DNA of 64,000 bases. Source: the human T2T-CHM13v2.0 reference genome, Homo sapiens. A program made the translations under genes and the position numbers. Below the pieces are notes generated by a model. It searched no databases. It was not told the DNA's origin and saw nothing but the letters and a program-made list of their open reading frames with translations. The DNA lies in assembly GCA_009914755.4 (NCBI GenBank), contig CP068257.2, positions 10,464,001 to 10,528,000 of the forward strand. The letters run 5' to 3'. Below, piece after piece: positions 47,459-64,000 of the stretch (position 1 is the stretch's first letter; each line of letters starts with the position of its first letter).

Positions 47459-49380
47459 TTATGTGCATACAGGTATTTGGGTACCACATTTGTAATTTAC
47501 AGTGAGTTTGAAAGATAGAAATTGTAACAGTATGGTTGGGAGCCAGGTATGTAAGGCAGTTGCCGGTGGGCATGTTTTGAACCTGTATTGGGCCCTTATA
47601 TGTATGATCTCTGTGATCCCATCATTACTGTTCATTTCTTCCAGGAGAGGAATGACACACTTCTCACTTTAATTGCCAGATTATCTCCAATTCTGAATCA
47701 GTGGAATATAATTTAATATGATTTTACTATGATTGAGTCATTCTCTCCCAGGTACTGCTGGGCTAGGATAAAATGAGATCTGAATTACATTAAAATAATT
47801 AATTATTCCAAGAGAAGAGGTGACAGAATGTTTTAAGTGGGTGTGTAATTTAGATAACCTAGATGCAGATAAGCTGAATAAAGCATTTAATCCAGCACAT
47901 TCATATTTTAACTTGATCATCAGCAATGGGAGTTTGAAACCCAATTGCAGCTGCAGGTCCCACACAACTGAATTTGGTTCCGTGTGCATAGCAGTGTTCG
48001 CTGGACATGCCTGGAAGTCTGAAGGTGTGCCCTTTTATAGGCAGGAATTCCACCAGGATGGGTATAGCTTGTTTTTTTAAAAGGCTTGGGACTGGATATG
48101 ATTGCCCAAGAAGACAGTGTAGACAGCGAGGAGGGCTGAGCATGAATGGGATGACCTACCAGCACAAAAACAGCAGGCAGGAAGGCAGTAAAGAAATCAG
48201 CAGGGCCCAAACCAGGAGAGTGTGGCATGCCACGGTGGAGACTGAACAGAAACAAAGCCACGGGCGACTGTAGTGTTGTTCCCTGTTGAAGGAGAGACAC
48301 TCTATTATAGAAGACCTGGACTTCAGTTCAGTTCAGTTTCCTTAGTAAAGGACAAAATGGGGAGAGAAGACAGGGAATCAGGGAAGAAAAACTCATTCAC
48401 TTATGTGAGGCAAACATCGCATGCAGTCGTACCAACCAACAAAACATGATAAGCTACAAAGAACTACGGTTTTTGCTACTCTCAAAACGCTACTGAGATT
48501 ACCAGGTTTTAAGCTTATTTCAAGATTATTTATAGGTGATTCCCCAACTGGGAAGGTCATTTCTGAATTTCTTCTCTTCTAAAATAGATCTAGAAAAATT
48601 AACAAACCTTATTCCAGTAAGAAAGTTTGGGATGTACTGCTTCAGCCCCTGTCCTAAGGAAATTATCAAGCCTGGAGGGTGGGGTGCTATCAACTGCCTG
48701 CCAACATGTTACCTTCTGGCATCCAGAAGCTTCCCTGTGCCAGATGTAGCCACCAATGTGGGGAGGAGAGCACAAAGAGCAGAGAATCCACAGAAACCAT
48801 ACCTGCAGGGAGCAAACACCATCACACCCCACTGCTGTGAATGCAAATGCATTTACCTGTTCTTACCATCTCCCTCAGCATTTTGAATCTATTCTGGGAT
48901 TAGACAAGCTCCCAGACTTAACTGCTATGTTTAATAAAAACATGGTAAAGGAAGAATCGGGGCTATTAAAATGCTTAAGAATGAGAAAGTTGAAAAAAGA
49001 AAAAAAGAGGTAGATTGTGTTTGGCCTGTCTTCTCCCCACCGTAAGGGGTTGCCACTCAGCTGGAGGCCTGCTGGTTCGTGTGGGCCAGCCCTCGACACC
49101 TCAGTGACCAAACGAAATACAACCCTCACTAGAGCTTCTTGTACTTGGCAAGACCCAGGCGTAGACCTGGGCTACCAAACAAAACCTTGTGTTCTTAGAG
49201 CCTGGGAACAAGAGCTTTGACAGTTTCCACAAAGAACTCTTCCATAGCACTAGCATTTCTATTTGCACCTGCCTGCAGCCATTACTACGTTGACCTCTGG
49301 AAATGTCACATCAGCTGTTCTTGAGATAAAATACCATTTGCTATTTTTTTTTTATCTAGGCCCTGTCCCTTTGATGTTAA

Positions 49381-49470
<90 letters not shown>

Positions 49471-50779
49471 TGAAAACAGGCAGGATTTATCAGAACTTTT
49501 ATAAATGTTGTGAAAAATGAAGGTGAATAAACACCTGTTTTTCCAGCATCTAGTATACATCTTAAAATCTGAGAAGTGAACTTCTCTGTTTTGATTGTAA
49601 AAGGAAAGAGAACGGTAACACAGAAACTTTGTGTCCCAAATAGAGCACAGATAACTTGTCTATTACTCATAGTAATCCTCCCTTAAATTTGTATAACATG
49701 CGAAGTTTTACACAGTACTTATACCTCCCTTATCTAATTCAATCTTCATAACCACCCTGGGCAGTACTAATATTATAAACCAGTCTCCAACCTCAAGGTT
49801 GGTGCTCTTGCCACTGCCCAGGTGAAGCTGCAAAGCTGTGGCCACCTCTGTCTCCATGGTTGCATCTGTCTGGCCGTCTCAGGCCTCAACACTGCCCCAT
49901 CCATGTACTAAGAGTTAACCAAGCATGGAATTGGGGTATGTTACCTGAGCATCAGTCAGTTTTGCCAGGAGACCTGATACTTGTCCTTGTTTCTGTTGGT
50001 CTATTTAGGGAAAGCTGGGAATGCGTCCTTCCATGACTTGTTGGTTTTTAGCACTCTTGTCTGGATTTGCATGTGTAAATATACCTGTGCTATGCAGCTG
50101 CGTGGGTGTCCCCAAAGGAGGGATTGTTGCAGTCTTTGCTTGCCCTTTTGTCTTCTAGGAATAATGGCCTTACATTCTGGACTGAAACCTACTATGATTC
50201 GAGCATTACCTGACGATTTAGCACTCTTTTTGGCCGACGAATATACCAGGAAGTTGATGATGAGCCAGTTGGAAGCATACTGAAGTGTCTTGGACGGCCT
50301 GAGCCAAGCACAGGTGTTTGAGGACTACAGTTCATCTCAGGGTTTCTTGTAGTACAAGACCAGTGTGAAGTTATTCTGATTTCTTGGGAATTTTGCTTTT
50401 TCGTCTTCCCTTATACCCTACATCTTAAATTGTATGGAAGAACCTCTATTTTGCATCATGTCATTTCTGCCCATAATTGTACTGAAATAGAGAAGTCACT
50501 GCTCTTTCCCTTGGTAAAATAGAGAGTGGTCAGTAGCCTTATGCACCTAATTCAAAAGACTGAGTACAGTTCTGTCAGGGCTTTTACATAAACCTCTACT
50601 TGCACATGTAATTTGGACAGTTATGTGCTGAGGGAAATACAGTTTGGTTCCATGTTTATTTCAAATATTACCAGAAAAACCCAGAAGTGATCATTTCTCA
50701 TGAAGATGCTTACAAATGGTTGCTTAACCCATTCTAGATGCAGGATCTGCTTAACGTGTGTTACTATTCTAAGTGGTTG

Positions 50780-51076
50780 ATTTTTTTTTTTTTTCTTAAT
50801 ATGGAGTCTCAGTCTCTTGCCAGTCTGAAGTGCAGTGATGCAGTCTCGGCTCACTGCAACCTCTGCTTCCTGGGTTCAAGCAATTCTCCTGCCTCAGCCT
50901 CCCGAGTAAGTGGGATTACAGGGGTGCTCTACCACACCTGGCTAATTTTTGTATTTTTAGTACAGATAGGGTTTCACCATGTTGGTCAGGCTGGCCTCGA
51001 ACTCCTGACCTCGTGATCCACCCGCCTCGGCCTCCCAAAGTGCTGGGATTACAGGCATGAGCCACTGCACCTGGCC
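50780..51076 (-). mobile_element. Alu SINE, minus orientation (poly-T at the left end).
   Basis: TTTTTTTTTTTTTTCTTAATATGGAGTCTCAGTCTCTTGCCAGTCTGAAGTGCAGTGATGCAGTCTCGGCTCACTGCAACCTC...GATTACAGGCATGAGCCACTGCACCTGGCC. Confidence 0.85.
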
Positions 51077-51099
51077 AAATAAAACATATTTTTAATGAA

Positions 51100-54000
51100 T
51101 AAAAATTAAGGACAAAGAAGAGCATTCCTTATAGAATGATAAAGGACACAATTCAACCAGAAGACCTAGCCTAAATATGTACACACCCAACATTGGAGCA
51201 CCCAAATTCATAAAACAAGTTTTTCTTGGTCTACAAAAAGATTTAGACACACAATAACAGCAGGAGACTTCAACAACCCACTGACAGCAATAGACAGATC
51301 ATTGAGGCAGAAAACTAACAAACTCTGTACTCGCACTTGACAGTTGACCAATTGGACCTGATAGACATCTACAGAACACTTTGCCCAACAAACACAGAAG
51401 ATACATTCTTATGTGCACACAGAACATATTCTAAGATCAAGCACATGCTTGGCCATAAAGCAAGCCTCAATAAATTCAAAAAGTTTGAAATCATACCAAG
51501 CACACACTCTGACCACAGTGAGACAAAAATAGAAATCAGTATCAAGAAGATCTCTCAAAACTACATAAATACATGGTAATTACATAATTTGCTCCTGAAT
51601 AACTCCTGGGTGAAAATCTAAATTAAGGCAGAAATAAAAAAATTCTTTGCAATTAATGAAAATAGGGACACAACATACCAGAATCTCTGGGATGCAGCTA
51701 AGGCAGTGTTAAGAGGAAAGTTTACACACGAAATGCCTTCATCAAGAAGTTAGAAATATCTCAAATTAACTTTCCTACTTTGCAGTTAAGGGAACTAGAA
51801 AAAAAGAACAAACTAACTCCAAAGCTGGCAGAAGAGAAATATCTAAAATTAGAGAAGCACTGAATGAAGTGCTTTTTGAGGTGCTGTTTTTTTAGACTAG
51901 ATGCAAAAATCCACACAAATGATCAATGAAACCAATAATTAGTTTTTCAAAAAATAAACAAGATGGATAGCCTGATAGCTAAACAAAGAAAAAAAGAGAA
52001 GAGCCAAATAAGTACAATCATAAATGACAAAGATGACATTACAAACAATCCCACAGAAATACAAAAGATCCTCAGAGAATACTATAAACAACTCTATGCA
52101 CACAAATTAGATAATCTAGAGGAAATGGAGAAATTCCTGGAAACATACAATCTCCCAAGATTGAATTAGAAAGAGATTGAAACCTTAAATAGACAAATAC
52201 CGAGTTCCAAAATCAAATCATTAATGTAAAATCTACCAACAAGGAAAAGCCCTGGACCAGATGACGCAAGAGCTGAATTCTACCAGATGTACAAAGAACT
52301 GGTACTAGTTCTATTGAAACTATTCCAAAGAACTGAGGATGAGGGGCTCCTCCCTAACTCAGTCTATGAAGCCAGCATCAGCCTAATACCAAAATCTGGC
52401 AGAGAAACACACAAAAAGAAAACTTCAGGCCAATTACTCTGATTAACATAGACACAAAAATTCTCAACCAAATACTAGGAAACAGAATCCAGCAGCACAT
52501 CAGTAAGTTAATCCACCACAATCAAGTCTTCAGTACAGGGATGCAAGGCTGGTTCAAATATGATGTTCATATTTACAACATACTAAATGTGGTAAATCAC
52601 ATTTAGTGATTCACCACATAAGCAGAACTAAAAGAAAAACCATATCATCATCTCAATAGATGCAGAAACAACTTTTGATAAAATCCAACATCCCTTCACA
52701 TTAAAAACCTCAACAGACTCAGCATCAAGGGAACATACCTCAAAATAATAGGAGCCATCTATGACAAACTCACAGCCACCAACCTACTGAATGGGCACAA
52801 GTTGGAAGCAATCCCCATGAGAAATGGAGCAAGACAATGATGCCGACTCTCATCACTCCTATTCAACGTAGCACTGGAAGACCTACCTGGAGAACTCAGG
52901 CAGGAGAAAGAAAGAATAGGCATCCAAATAGCAAAAGAAGAAGTCAAACTATCTCTCTTCACTGATGATATGATTCTATATCCAGAAAAGCAAAGACTCT
53001 GCCAAAAGGCTACTAGAACTGATAAATAACTTTAGCAAAGTTTCAGGATAAAAAATCAATGTATAAAAATCAATAGCATTTCTATACACCAATAATGTCC
53101 AGGCTGAGAGTTAAATCAAGAACAGAATCCCATTTATGGTAGCGACAAGGAAAATGAAATAACTAGGAATACAGCTAACAAAGGATGTGAAAGATCTCTA
53201 CAAGAACTATAAAACACTGCAGAAAGAAATCAGAGATAACACAATTAAATGGAAAAACATTCCATGCTCATGGATTGGAAGAATCAGTATCATTCAAATG
53301 GCCATACTGCCCAAAGCAATTGACAGATTCAGTGCTATTTCTATCAAACTACCAATGTCATTCTTCACAGAATTAGAAAAAAGTATTCTAGAAGTCATAT
53401 GAAACCAAAAGAGGGCCTCAATAGCCTAAGCAAATCTAAGCAAAAGGCAAAGCCAGAGGCTTCAAACTATAAGGCTATATTATCCAAAACAGCATGGTAC
53501 TGGTACAAAAGCAGACATATAGACCAATGGAACAGAATAGAAAACCCAGAATAAAGCCTTACACTTAAAACCACCTGATATTGCAAGGCTGACAAAAACA
53601 AGCAATGGGGGAAGGACTCCCTATTCAATAAATGGTGTTGGGGTAACTGGCTAGCAATATGCAGAATAATGATACTCGACCCATACCTTTCATCATATAC
53701 AAAAATTAACTGGAGATAGATTAAAGATTTAAATGTAAGACCTCAAGTGATAAAAATCCTAGAAGAAAACCTCAGAAATACCCTTCTTGACATTGGCCTT
53801 CGGAAAGAATTTTTAACTAAGTCCCCAAAAGCAATTGCAATAACAACAAAGATTGACAAGTGGGACCTAATAAAGCTAAAGCGCTTTGGCACAGCAAGAG
53901 AAACGATCGACAGAGCAAACAGACAACCCAGAGAACAGGAGGAAACATTTGCAAACTATGCATCCAACAAAGGTCTAATATCCAGAATCTATAAGGAACT

Positions 54001-54835
54001 TACACAAATCCACACGCAGAAACCAAATAACCCCATTAAAAATGTGGAAAGAACATGACACATACTTCTCAAAAGAAGACATACAAGTGACCAATGAGCA
54101 TCTGGAAAAATGCTTCACTTCACGAATTGTCAGAGAAGTGCAAATCAAAACCACAATGAGATACCATCTCACACTAGTCAGAATGGCGATTAATAAAAAG
54201 TCAAAAACAACAGATGCTGGCAAGGCTGCAGAGAAAAGGGAACGTTTATACATTGTTGGTGGGAGTGTAAATTAGTTCAGCCACTGTGGAAAGCAGTCTG
54301 GAGATTTCTCAAAGAACTTAAAATGAGCTACCATTCGACCCAGTAATCCCACTATTGGATATATACCCAATGGGAAAAAGACCACTCTACCAAAAGACAC
54401 ACACACTGATATGTTAATTGCTGTGCTATTCACAATAGTAAAGATATGGAGTCAACCTAGGTGCCCATCAGTGGTGGATTGGATAAAGAAAATGTGGTAC
54501 ATACACACGATGGAATTCTACACAGCCATAAATATGAGTGAAATCAGGTCTTTTGCAGCAACGTAGATGGAGCCGGAGGCCATTATCCTAAGCAAATTAA
54601 TGCAAGACCAGAAAACCAAATACTACATATTCTCACCTATGAGAGCTAAACAACAGGTACCCTTGGACATAAGGTTGGGAACAACAGACACTGTGGACTA
54701 CTAGAGGGGGATGGAGGGAGAGGGGTGCAGGTTGAAAAACTACCTATTGGGTACTATGCTCTCTACCGGGGTGCAATATACTGATGTGACAAACTTGCAC
54801 ACATACCCCCATATTTAAAATTAAAGCTAAAATTT
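51100..54835 (+). mobile_element. 5'-truncated older L1 (L1PB/L1MA-like), plus strand. It starts within the ORF2 endonuclease domain and runs through the 3' UTR. It is heavily decayed.
   Basis: Plus-strand ORF fragments match L1 ORF2: 51337-51579 (…LIDIYRTLCPTNTEDTFLCAHRTYSKIKHMLGHKASLNKFKKFEIIPSTHSDHSETKIEI), 51963-52169 (…[45 protein letters not shown]), 53187-53402, and 53747-54275 (…[15 protein letters not shown]…[22 protein letters not shown]). A 3' UTR-like end lies near 54780-54835. Confidence 0.75.
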
Positions 54836-55989
54836 TAAGACATGAGTATCATTCTGATCTAAGTTTCTTGAGTTGTTCAAAGAATCATTCATTTTGCATT
54901 CTAAGAAAACAACACCCAAAGAGGCCTTAAATGAGTTTTCTTTGAATAAGCAAAAGCAGAATAGTGTGACAACTCACAATTTCCAGAAATTTTCGTGGGT
55001 CTTGGAGGTCTGGGGAAGAGAAACCTTAATGGTAATCTCCTTATTTCAAAAAGGGAAATCCTTAAAATAAAAAAGGGAGTTTCCTTCCTTCCTGTGTTTC
55101 TAGTACTGAAAAAGACAGATCTTAATCTTCACTGAGCCAGCTAAGTATTTTCCTCCCTATTCACCTAAACCCAGGACATAATCTGCCCTCTGTAGATTAT
55201 CGCTGTGTGAATTTTAAAGGAAATAGCATAACCTATGTTGTGCCTACACGTTTCTGTCGTATGAATGGCAGGGTATAATATTAACATGAAAGTAATTTGA
55301 AAGCATGTTCTACGATCTTTTCCTCAAAGAAGGAGCCAGATCAGGGGGAGTAAAGGAAAAAGACCTTTAGTTGGGCTGCTGCACGGGCAGTTGGAACCTT
55401 TTTTGGACTATTTAGAGGAGAAGAAGTCACCTGCAGCGAGGCGGCTCACCAACCTAGTGGGGCTCTTGGCTCCTGGCAGGTTGCTGCCTTCCGTGCCCAC
55501 CATGGCTCAGGGCTCTACTCTCATCTGTGCCACTTGGTACCCACAGACCTTATAGCAAGTGTTTTTCTATTTCCACTCAAAAATTAAAAAGCTCTATGGC
55601 AAACTCCCGACATTGAGCTGCTGATGTGGGTGGTCCCAGCGGTTAGTGTGTTGGTTAGAAAGTTGCTATGCCGGACAGGTTTGCCCTGGACTCTCAAACC
55701 CTGTATTTTCATGAACTGCTTCTTTTTTCAGTCCTTTCTGTAGAGTGCTAGGTTTTTCAGGAATGAGTTTATCGTGTTTTAGCAGTGACACTTGTCTTAT
55801 TAGTTGTTACCTTTCATTTCCTGATGAACGAATCTTGGTCTAGATTGTTGAGGGACTTGCCAATAAAAGGAAAATCATTCAAATAAGAATAATTTCAATA
55901 AAGCCAAGATAGAAGGTTTTCAAGGACAATCATGGCCGGAAGATACAGTGGCAATAAAGGTATTTTGAATGAATTAACACCCATGGACT

Positions 55990-56296
<307 letters not shown>

Positions 56297-59200
56297 TTGT
56301 TAAAAAAAAGTAGCACCCAGCACCAAAGAGGAAATAATAATGATTTCCTGTAGACATAAGGCTAACCAGTGTTTATAACGCAAAGATAACCTCCCTTCAG
56401 AGTCCCCCCAAGCTTAGGTGAAGTTGGTTGTGAGCAGGAATAGTGAATTTCAAAATAATACACCTAGATTACTCTAAGAATATTTCTTTTGACTTCACTT
56501 ACAATTTTATACAAAAGCAGAAGTTATTAAAGATTACTTTTCATATTTACCACCATCTTCTTACCCCAACCCCCATGTCTGTGTGTAATTAAAGGAAGCT
56601 TGTCAAGTAAGCTACCTATTTAGTGCTCGGAATGAAAGGGAGTGTGTGTTGGGAGTTGGGGGACTGCTTGCGTGAAACATTTCTCTCTTCTGGATTTAAA
56701 ACTTAGTCTTGGTTGCCAATCTGTTAACAGACAGTTTGTAAATGAAGGGGAAGAAAAATATATAAATTAGCTTTCTAATAAATCTGAAATTACAAATGTG
56801 AACCAAAGCAGGGAATAAATACTTGACCAAAAATATGTAAGTAAGTGGGTGTTGGGGAATCACAATTTTTGAATATCTCAAGTTTTTGCTTTGAAAGTTC
56901 TATTTCAAAGTTCTTCAAAATGATGCCTGATGTTCCTGCATACTGTGTTCCAAATTTAGGTAAATACAAGATGGAAACTGTGAAGTATGTACCTTCAAAA
57001 AAGAAGAAAGACACTGACATTTTATCTATATATATGTAATAGATTTATGAAGAACATATATAAACATATATAAACATAAATAAATACTTCAAGGAACATT
57101 TAGGATAGATTTAGGATATATGAACATGTGGCAGGGTTGGAAAGAACATAATTCTTTCCCAGAAGGGGAAGGGGGAGCTATACTTAATCGGATCCAGCTA
57201 CAACATCACTGGAAGTCATTTTCTCGCCAAAAAGTATCTCCACGGCAAAATCTGATGGATAAATTCTCCGTGCTTTTTGTTTATGTAGATTATCCAATTC
57301 ATTTTTTGGTAGATAAAGCCTAAGAATAGAAAAAAATTATTACATTTTATATTGGGGCTCACTGAAAAGCCACACAGTTGGGTACCCACGTTAGAGCTGG
57401 AAGAAACAAAAAAAGAACCTCACCATGAATAGAACCTCAGCCCTTTTTTTGTGTCTCAGTTGGCTCCTTCCACCTTTTTACTGAGACATAAAAATACTTT
57501 AATCTTCAGCAACACATCAGTAACACATGCTGACTCTCTTAGCATTGCTTTATATGGAATTAATGACATCCAAGTTTAATAAAATATCTAAATTTCTCTC
57601 TGTGACAGAAATCAGTCAGGATAGACATGAATGAAAGCCCAGTAATAAAATACTATATCTCTTTTAATTTATGTGTGAGGTTGCAATTTTTTGAATTTTT
57701 ACAATCAGACCTTGGAAATGACCTTGAGCAGTAGGATATAACTCCCACATGCTGAGTGTTCCAATAATGGAACACTAGGCATAAATTGGTTAACCCATTT
57801 ATGCCTCGTGTTCTCAATGATAGAAGTTAGCATTTTTAGCTAAACAACAATCTCATAACAAAAACAGCTTTACCAAGTAGGATGTAAATTTAAATGTTAC
57901 AGAAATCTTTAGAAATTTATATAAAATAAGAATAAAAGTGACCTAGCTTATCACTTCTCCAAAATGAACATAGTGTTTTAAAGGAAAAAAAAAATGGTAT
58001 CCTTTAGCAAGAACCACTTTTGAGGAGCAGCATCAAATGAAGCTCCACCCAGGTCTCACTTTTTGAGGGTCTTTGCTCATGTTAGAATAAAAAGCTTATT
58101 GTTTGTATGCATCCAAAAAAAAAAACTTGTAAAAAATTTCCATCAAATACAAAGTTGACTCTATCAAAATCCATTAAATGTTTTGCATTGCAAGTGTGCA
58201 GACCAGAGGTTTAATTTCCTGTTGCCTTGCTGGACTTAAGGAATCATTCGATCCAGTTCACATTTGAAGAAAAGATTAGGACTGGATGTAACAATAACTA
58301 TCAATTCATGCCACATATAATCATAGCCACTTCTTCAACTCTGACCTAAATCATTTAAAAAATATTTTGTCCTTTTGTATTGAAGAGTATGGTTGACACA
58401 AAAAAAGTCTCAATTTTTCACCATCACAAAACAAATGCTACTTACAGTGGAGAACTTCTAGACTGAGAAATGAGTTTCCAAATATGGCAGAAGGTTTTTT
58501 TGGAACAATAATCTCCAAATCCAATTAATAATTTTTCAGAAAGGTTTCCCAATTCAGTTATTAGAAAGCCATATTTGAATGGCTATTTAAATAGACTATT
58601 ACTTAATGATATTTCTTAGCTGTATTCCTTAATACTGTGTCTTGTGACTTCTCCTAGATATAAGTGTGTCAGTCAGCTTTTCAGCTAGCTGAAGCCTCCC
58701 TAGGTCCTGCCTTCCTTTAGCACAAAAGTTGATGGTGGTTCATCATTGGTAAATCAACACCTACTGACAGGGACCTGACATATTGAAGGTGCTGAGCAGC
58801 CTCATATTGAACTTCTCTGGGAGGAATTTACTACCACACTTAAGATCTGATGATAATACTTTTGAACTCGTAACACAGTCCTATGGCATGGACCCTGAGG
58901 ATACTGCAACAGTGGGTCTCAAGAACAAATGGATTTTTAAAATAACCAAAGTAAGAAGAGTAAGGCAAGGAACAATGGTGGTTCAAGGATTTTTTGCTTT
59001 CTATAAATTAAGTTTATGACAACCAGCAAAAGACTTGCCATTACACCTTATACATAGACATTGAAGATTAGGCTGTTTCTATGGGTTTCTATTATATTCA
59101 TACCTGTTATTTTCAATAAAAGATGTGTGCAACCAGAAGTAAAATGAGCAATTGTCATAGTATGTAGGAAGATTCTAAAAAGAAAAAAAAATTTCAAAGT

Positions 59201-59584
59201 AAAACTGATACCAAGAACTAATCATTCCAAAGAAATTGAAGTTCCTTTCTTTATTCTTTTTTATATTTATCAAACAATTATAACCATTAAATATGTGGCA
59301 CTCTGCAATCTATAACAATACACTCAAGACACAAAGGAGGAGGCTTTAAGAAAATGCTACTGCATTCTCTTGCTGTTTCTATCAAAATTTTCAAGGAATA
59401 GTATTTTTCCCATGATAGGTATTTAATTTAAATGCTGCTATTTGAATCTGGTTTAGATAGTGCCAAACAGACTCTACTAAGGACCTATGTCTATATATAC
59501 CCAACTACATTGTAGTGAATTCTTGTAATTTTTTTGTTGCCTCAGCATCCCTTTTAATTATAAATTGGATTTTCTGATATCAGA

Positions 59585-60237
<653 letters not shown>

Positions 60238-60873
60238 TTAAAAAAGATGCAAAACAAAATGTAATCAATGCTATGCAGTAAAACATACCTTTGGGGTTTT
60301 TTTTTTTTAGCATCTTGACTTTGTGTGTGTGTTTATTTTGTATTTTTTGTATTTGAGAATACATGTAAATTTAGAAAAATTTAGAAAATTTACAATTTAG
60401 AAAAAAACAAATGAACAAAAATTATTTAAATTACATACGCTCTTTTAAAAAAATTTGTTATAGATCTGATTTATTGTTTTCTTCCCCCTACCCCTCCCTT
60501 GTTGGGAATTGTAGTAAAGCAAATCTTACATGAAATCATTAGACCAGACAAGAACAATGGCAGAGGCTACTTTGTGATTACTCACCGAATAGAAAAACTG
60601 CACTTTCACATCATCATACAGAGGTGGACCGTCGAATACATCAATTAATATTTTGTCTGTTGTAATGTTATCAAGTACCTATGAATGAACACATGGAATT
60701 GAGAACTATAAACCTAGATAATGATAACAATGAAGTTCCTTTTCACTTATCATGACTTCCTGTATTTATCAAGTACTTTTGGTCTCACAGCCCAATCACT
60801 ACATACATAAATAATTATTAATAATCTCTTCTAGTTGCAATACTGTTGTTTATGCGTGTGTGTTTACATTTGC

Positions 60874-61512
<639 letters not shown>

Positions 61513-62297
61513 TATGAGGCACTTTTCAAAAGTGCCGCACTTTTAAAAAGTATTGAATTTTCCATTAGACTGTAATCAATTAAATATTATTATTTAATGT
61601 GTGTCATTTGATTTTTATGTGTTAGGGCCTTTTTTGAGAATACATTAAGAAGGTCAATTTTAAAGCTAGCATTGACATTCAAAAAGCAATGCATAACTTA
61701 TCACGGTTTTTTATTTTCTGAATTTAAAAAATAACAACGGGGGTCTGTAACACTTGGGGGTTGGGCCAGCATGCTCCTCCCAAGGGAGGGGGAGAGTGGG
61801 GTCCCCCTGCTCATCATGTTTTATCAGAACTCTTGTGTTTGTCAATGGGATCTTTGAACTTGACCAGTGCAGGCTGCTGGATGGAGTAACCAAAGATAGC
61901 TCAAGTTTTGGAATGAATGACTTTGACGCTGTACTAGTTCTTTGACTCATTCTCATAGAAATAATGGCACCCACAATAAGAAAGGTCTATACTAGGCCCT
62001 GTGAAAAACACAAAAGGGGGTGCAGACTCAGTTGGCCCCTTCAGGGAGCTGTACACTTAAGAAACAATAGTAGAATGGTACATAACTCAATCTGTATGAT
62101 AAAGACTGGGTGTGCTGTTATGCACTATTGGGGGCTAGTTAACAGAAGGTGCAGAATGCAAAAATTTCATTAAGGAGGTAGAAATTGAATTGGGCATGAA
62201 GCAGTTTAGATAAAGGAAGAAGAGCTCTGAAAACAGAATCTAGTCCAAATGGAGGGAAAAAGACCAGCAATAACACAAAGTAGAAATTAGAAAAATG

Positions 62298-62596
<299 letters not shown>

Positions 62597-62632
62597 AAAA
62601 AGAAAAAAATTGGAAAAACAACAACAAATAAT

Positions 62633-62936
<304 letters not shown>

Positions 62937-64000
62937 ATTAGAGTTGTGTTCCAAGAGCCAAAAGGGATGACCCAGTTTATTTGGAATGAAGTCTGCTGGT
63001 CAAGCTACTCATGGAAAAAAGCTCAGGTATTACACGTTAGGGCTATTATATCTTCAGAGCTCAAGAGCCAAGGAAATAAGAGTGACGTTGTTGAAAAATA
63101 TGGTTGAGCATTTCCTATGTGACAAAGAGGCCTGATAATTATCACATATAACACTTATTTAGTGATTTATAGTTTACAAAGAAACTTTATATATATTATC
63201 TAATTTAATTCCCATTACACTTGAGATGTGATATTTATTTTACAGATAAGGATGTTGAGCCAGAGGTGTTAACTGGCTCTGACTACAGGCACACAGTGTG
63301 TCTTCTGCTCTACCTACAATTTTTCACAACGAGAGCAATATTTCAGAATGCATATTTCAGGATTCTATACATTGCATTATAGAAGGAGAAAGAAAGGGTA
63401 AGGAGACCACTGCGGAAATCTAGGCATGAGCAAAGGAGATTCTGGACAATTAGTGGCAGTGAGAACAGAAAGGAAGGAGAACATAGAAAACTGTCAAAGG
63501 CATAATCAACAGAGATTGATGACTAACTGGATTTAGGGGGCCGAGGCAAAGAGAATCAAAGCCCAAGGCATGAGTGGAAGAATGCTGGTGCCATTTGCAG
63601 AAGCAGAGAGAAAGCTCCTTGATAATTCAGACTGGCTAATGCATTTGAGTTGGAGTGGAAACTGTTCATGTTGTAGCTCCTGCATCTACAACTCAGCGGG
63701 TGCTCATAATTGGCTGTTATGAGTTGTTATGAGTAAATGAACAAATAATAGTTGAAGTAAGGGGAACGGGTCATCCTTTAAGAGTAAAGTATTTGCTAAG
63801 AACACAAAGCCAAGGGTCAGGCCTGGGTGAATGCCCTCAGTCGGGAGAGGCCAAAAAAGCCGGGCGCAGAGTAGGGAGGGCATGGCAGGGAATAGGGTTA
63901 GTAATAGGAGAATTTGAGACAAAGGCCTGGGTAGGAATTCTAAAAGTTTATGGTTATTAGACCATGAAAGATGCTTTCTGTTTCAGAAAAGGTATATAGT

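Overview
This window is human (primate) genomic DNA, not prokaryotic, so there are no operons, CRISPR arrays or bacterial-style CDSs to report. It reads as a pericentromeric satellite-to-euchromatin transition.

Positions 1-11031 are an uninterrupted block of (GGAAT)n satellite of the HSat3 / satellite III type. The GGAAT strand is on +, the decamer variant GGACTCGAATGGAAT recurs throughout, and there are local higher-order duplications. Every 'MEWNGMEWNG...' ORF in the track over this block is a translation artefact of the repeat.

About 1.9 kb past the satellite edge lies a structurally complete immunoglobulin heavy-chain variable gene of the IGHV1 subgroup, on the + strand. It has the Ig octamer ATGCAAAT, a split leader (MDWNWRILFLVVIAAG|AQS), an 83-bp intron, a 296-nt V-region that is open from [30 protein letters not shown] through YYCVR, and a 23-bp-spacer recombination signal sequence (RSS). 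Its unusual cysteines in CDR1 and CDR2 and its altered FR2 match what I remember of the orphon gene IGHV1/OR15-9 (and of IGHV1-38-4), but I cannot check that here.

About 9.4 kb further downstream, in the same orientation, is a decayed IGHV4-like (clan II) V pseudogene. It has in-frame stops, a recognisable leader-intron acceptor (VLS) and a retained RSS nonamer.

An Ig V gene directly beside HSat3 argues for an orphon IGHV cluster of the 15q11 or 16p11 kind rather than the IGH locus on chromosome 14; this is inference.

The remaining ~40 kb is repeat-rich intergenic DNA:
- a nearly full-length L1PA element on the minus strand (25.55-31.75 kb) with decayed ORF1 and ORF2;
- a 5'-truncated older L1 on the plus strand (51.1-54.8 kb) and several smaller L1 fragments;
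- a solo THE1-type MaLR LTR;
- about thirteen Alu elements, including a dense cluster at 60-63 kb;
- (GT)24, a 546-bp polypyrimidine CT tract and a GA tract.

The most unusual unexplained structure is a pair of GC-rich minisatellite arrays with a ~22-bp unit of consensus AAAAAGCCGCGGCGGCGGGGGC. They sit at 35.05-35.42 kb and 45.84-46.07 kb in the same orientation, and each is preceded by a homologous ~35-bp flank. I saw no convincing conventional protein-coding gene. One possible terminal exon at 50159-50283 is flagged with low confidence.
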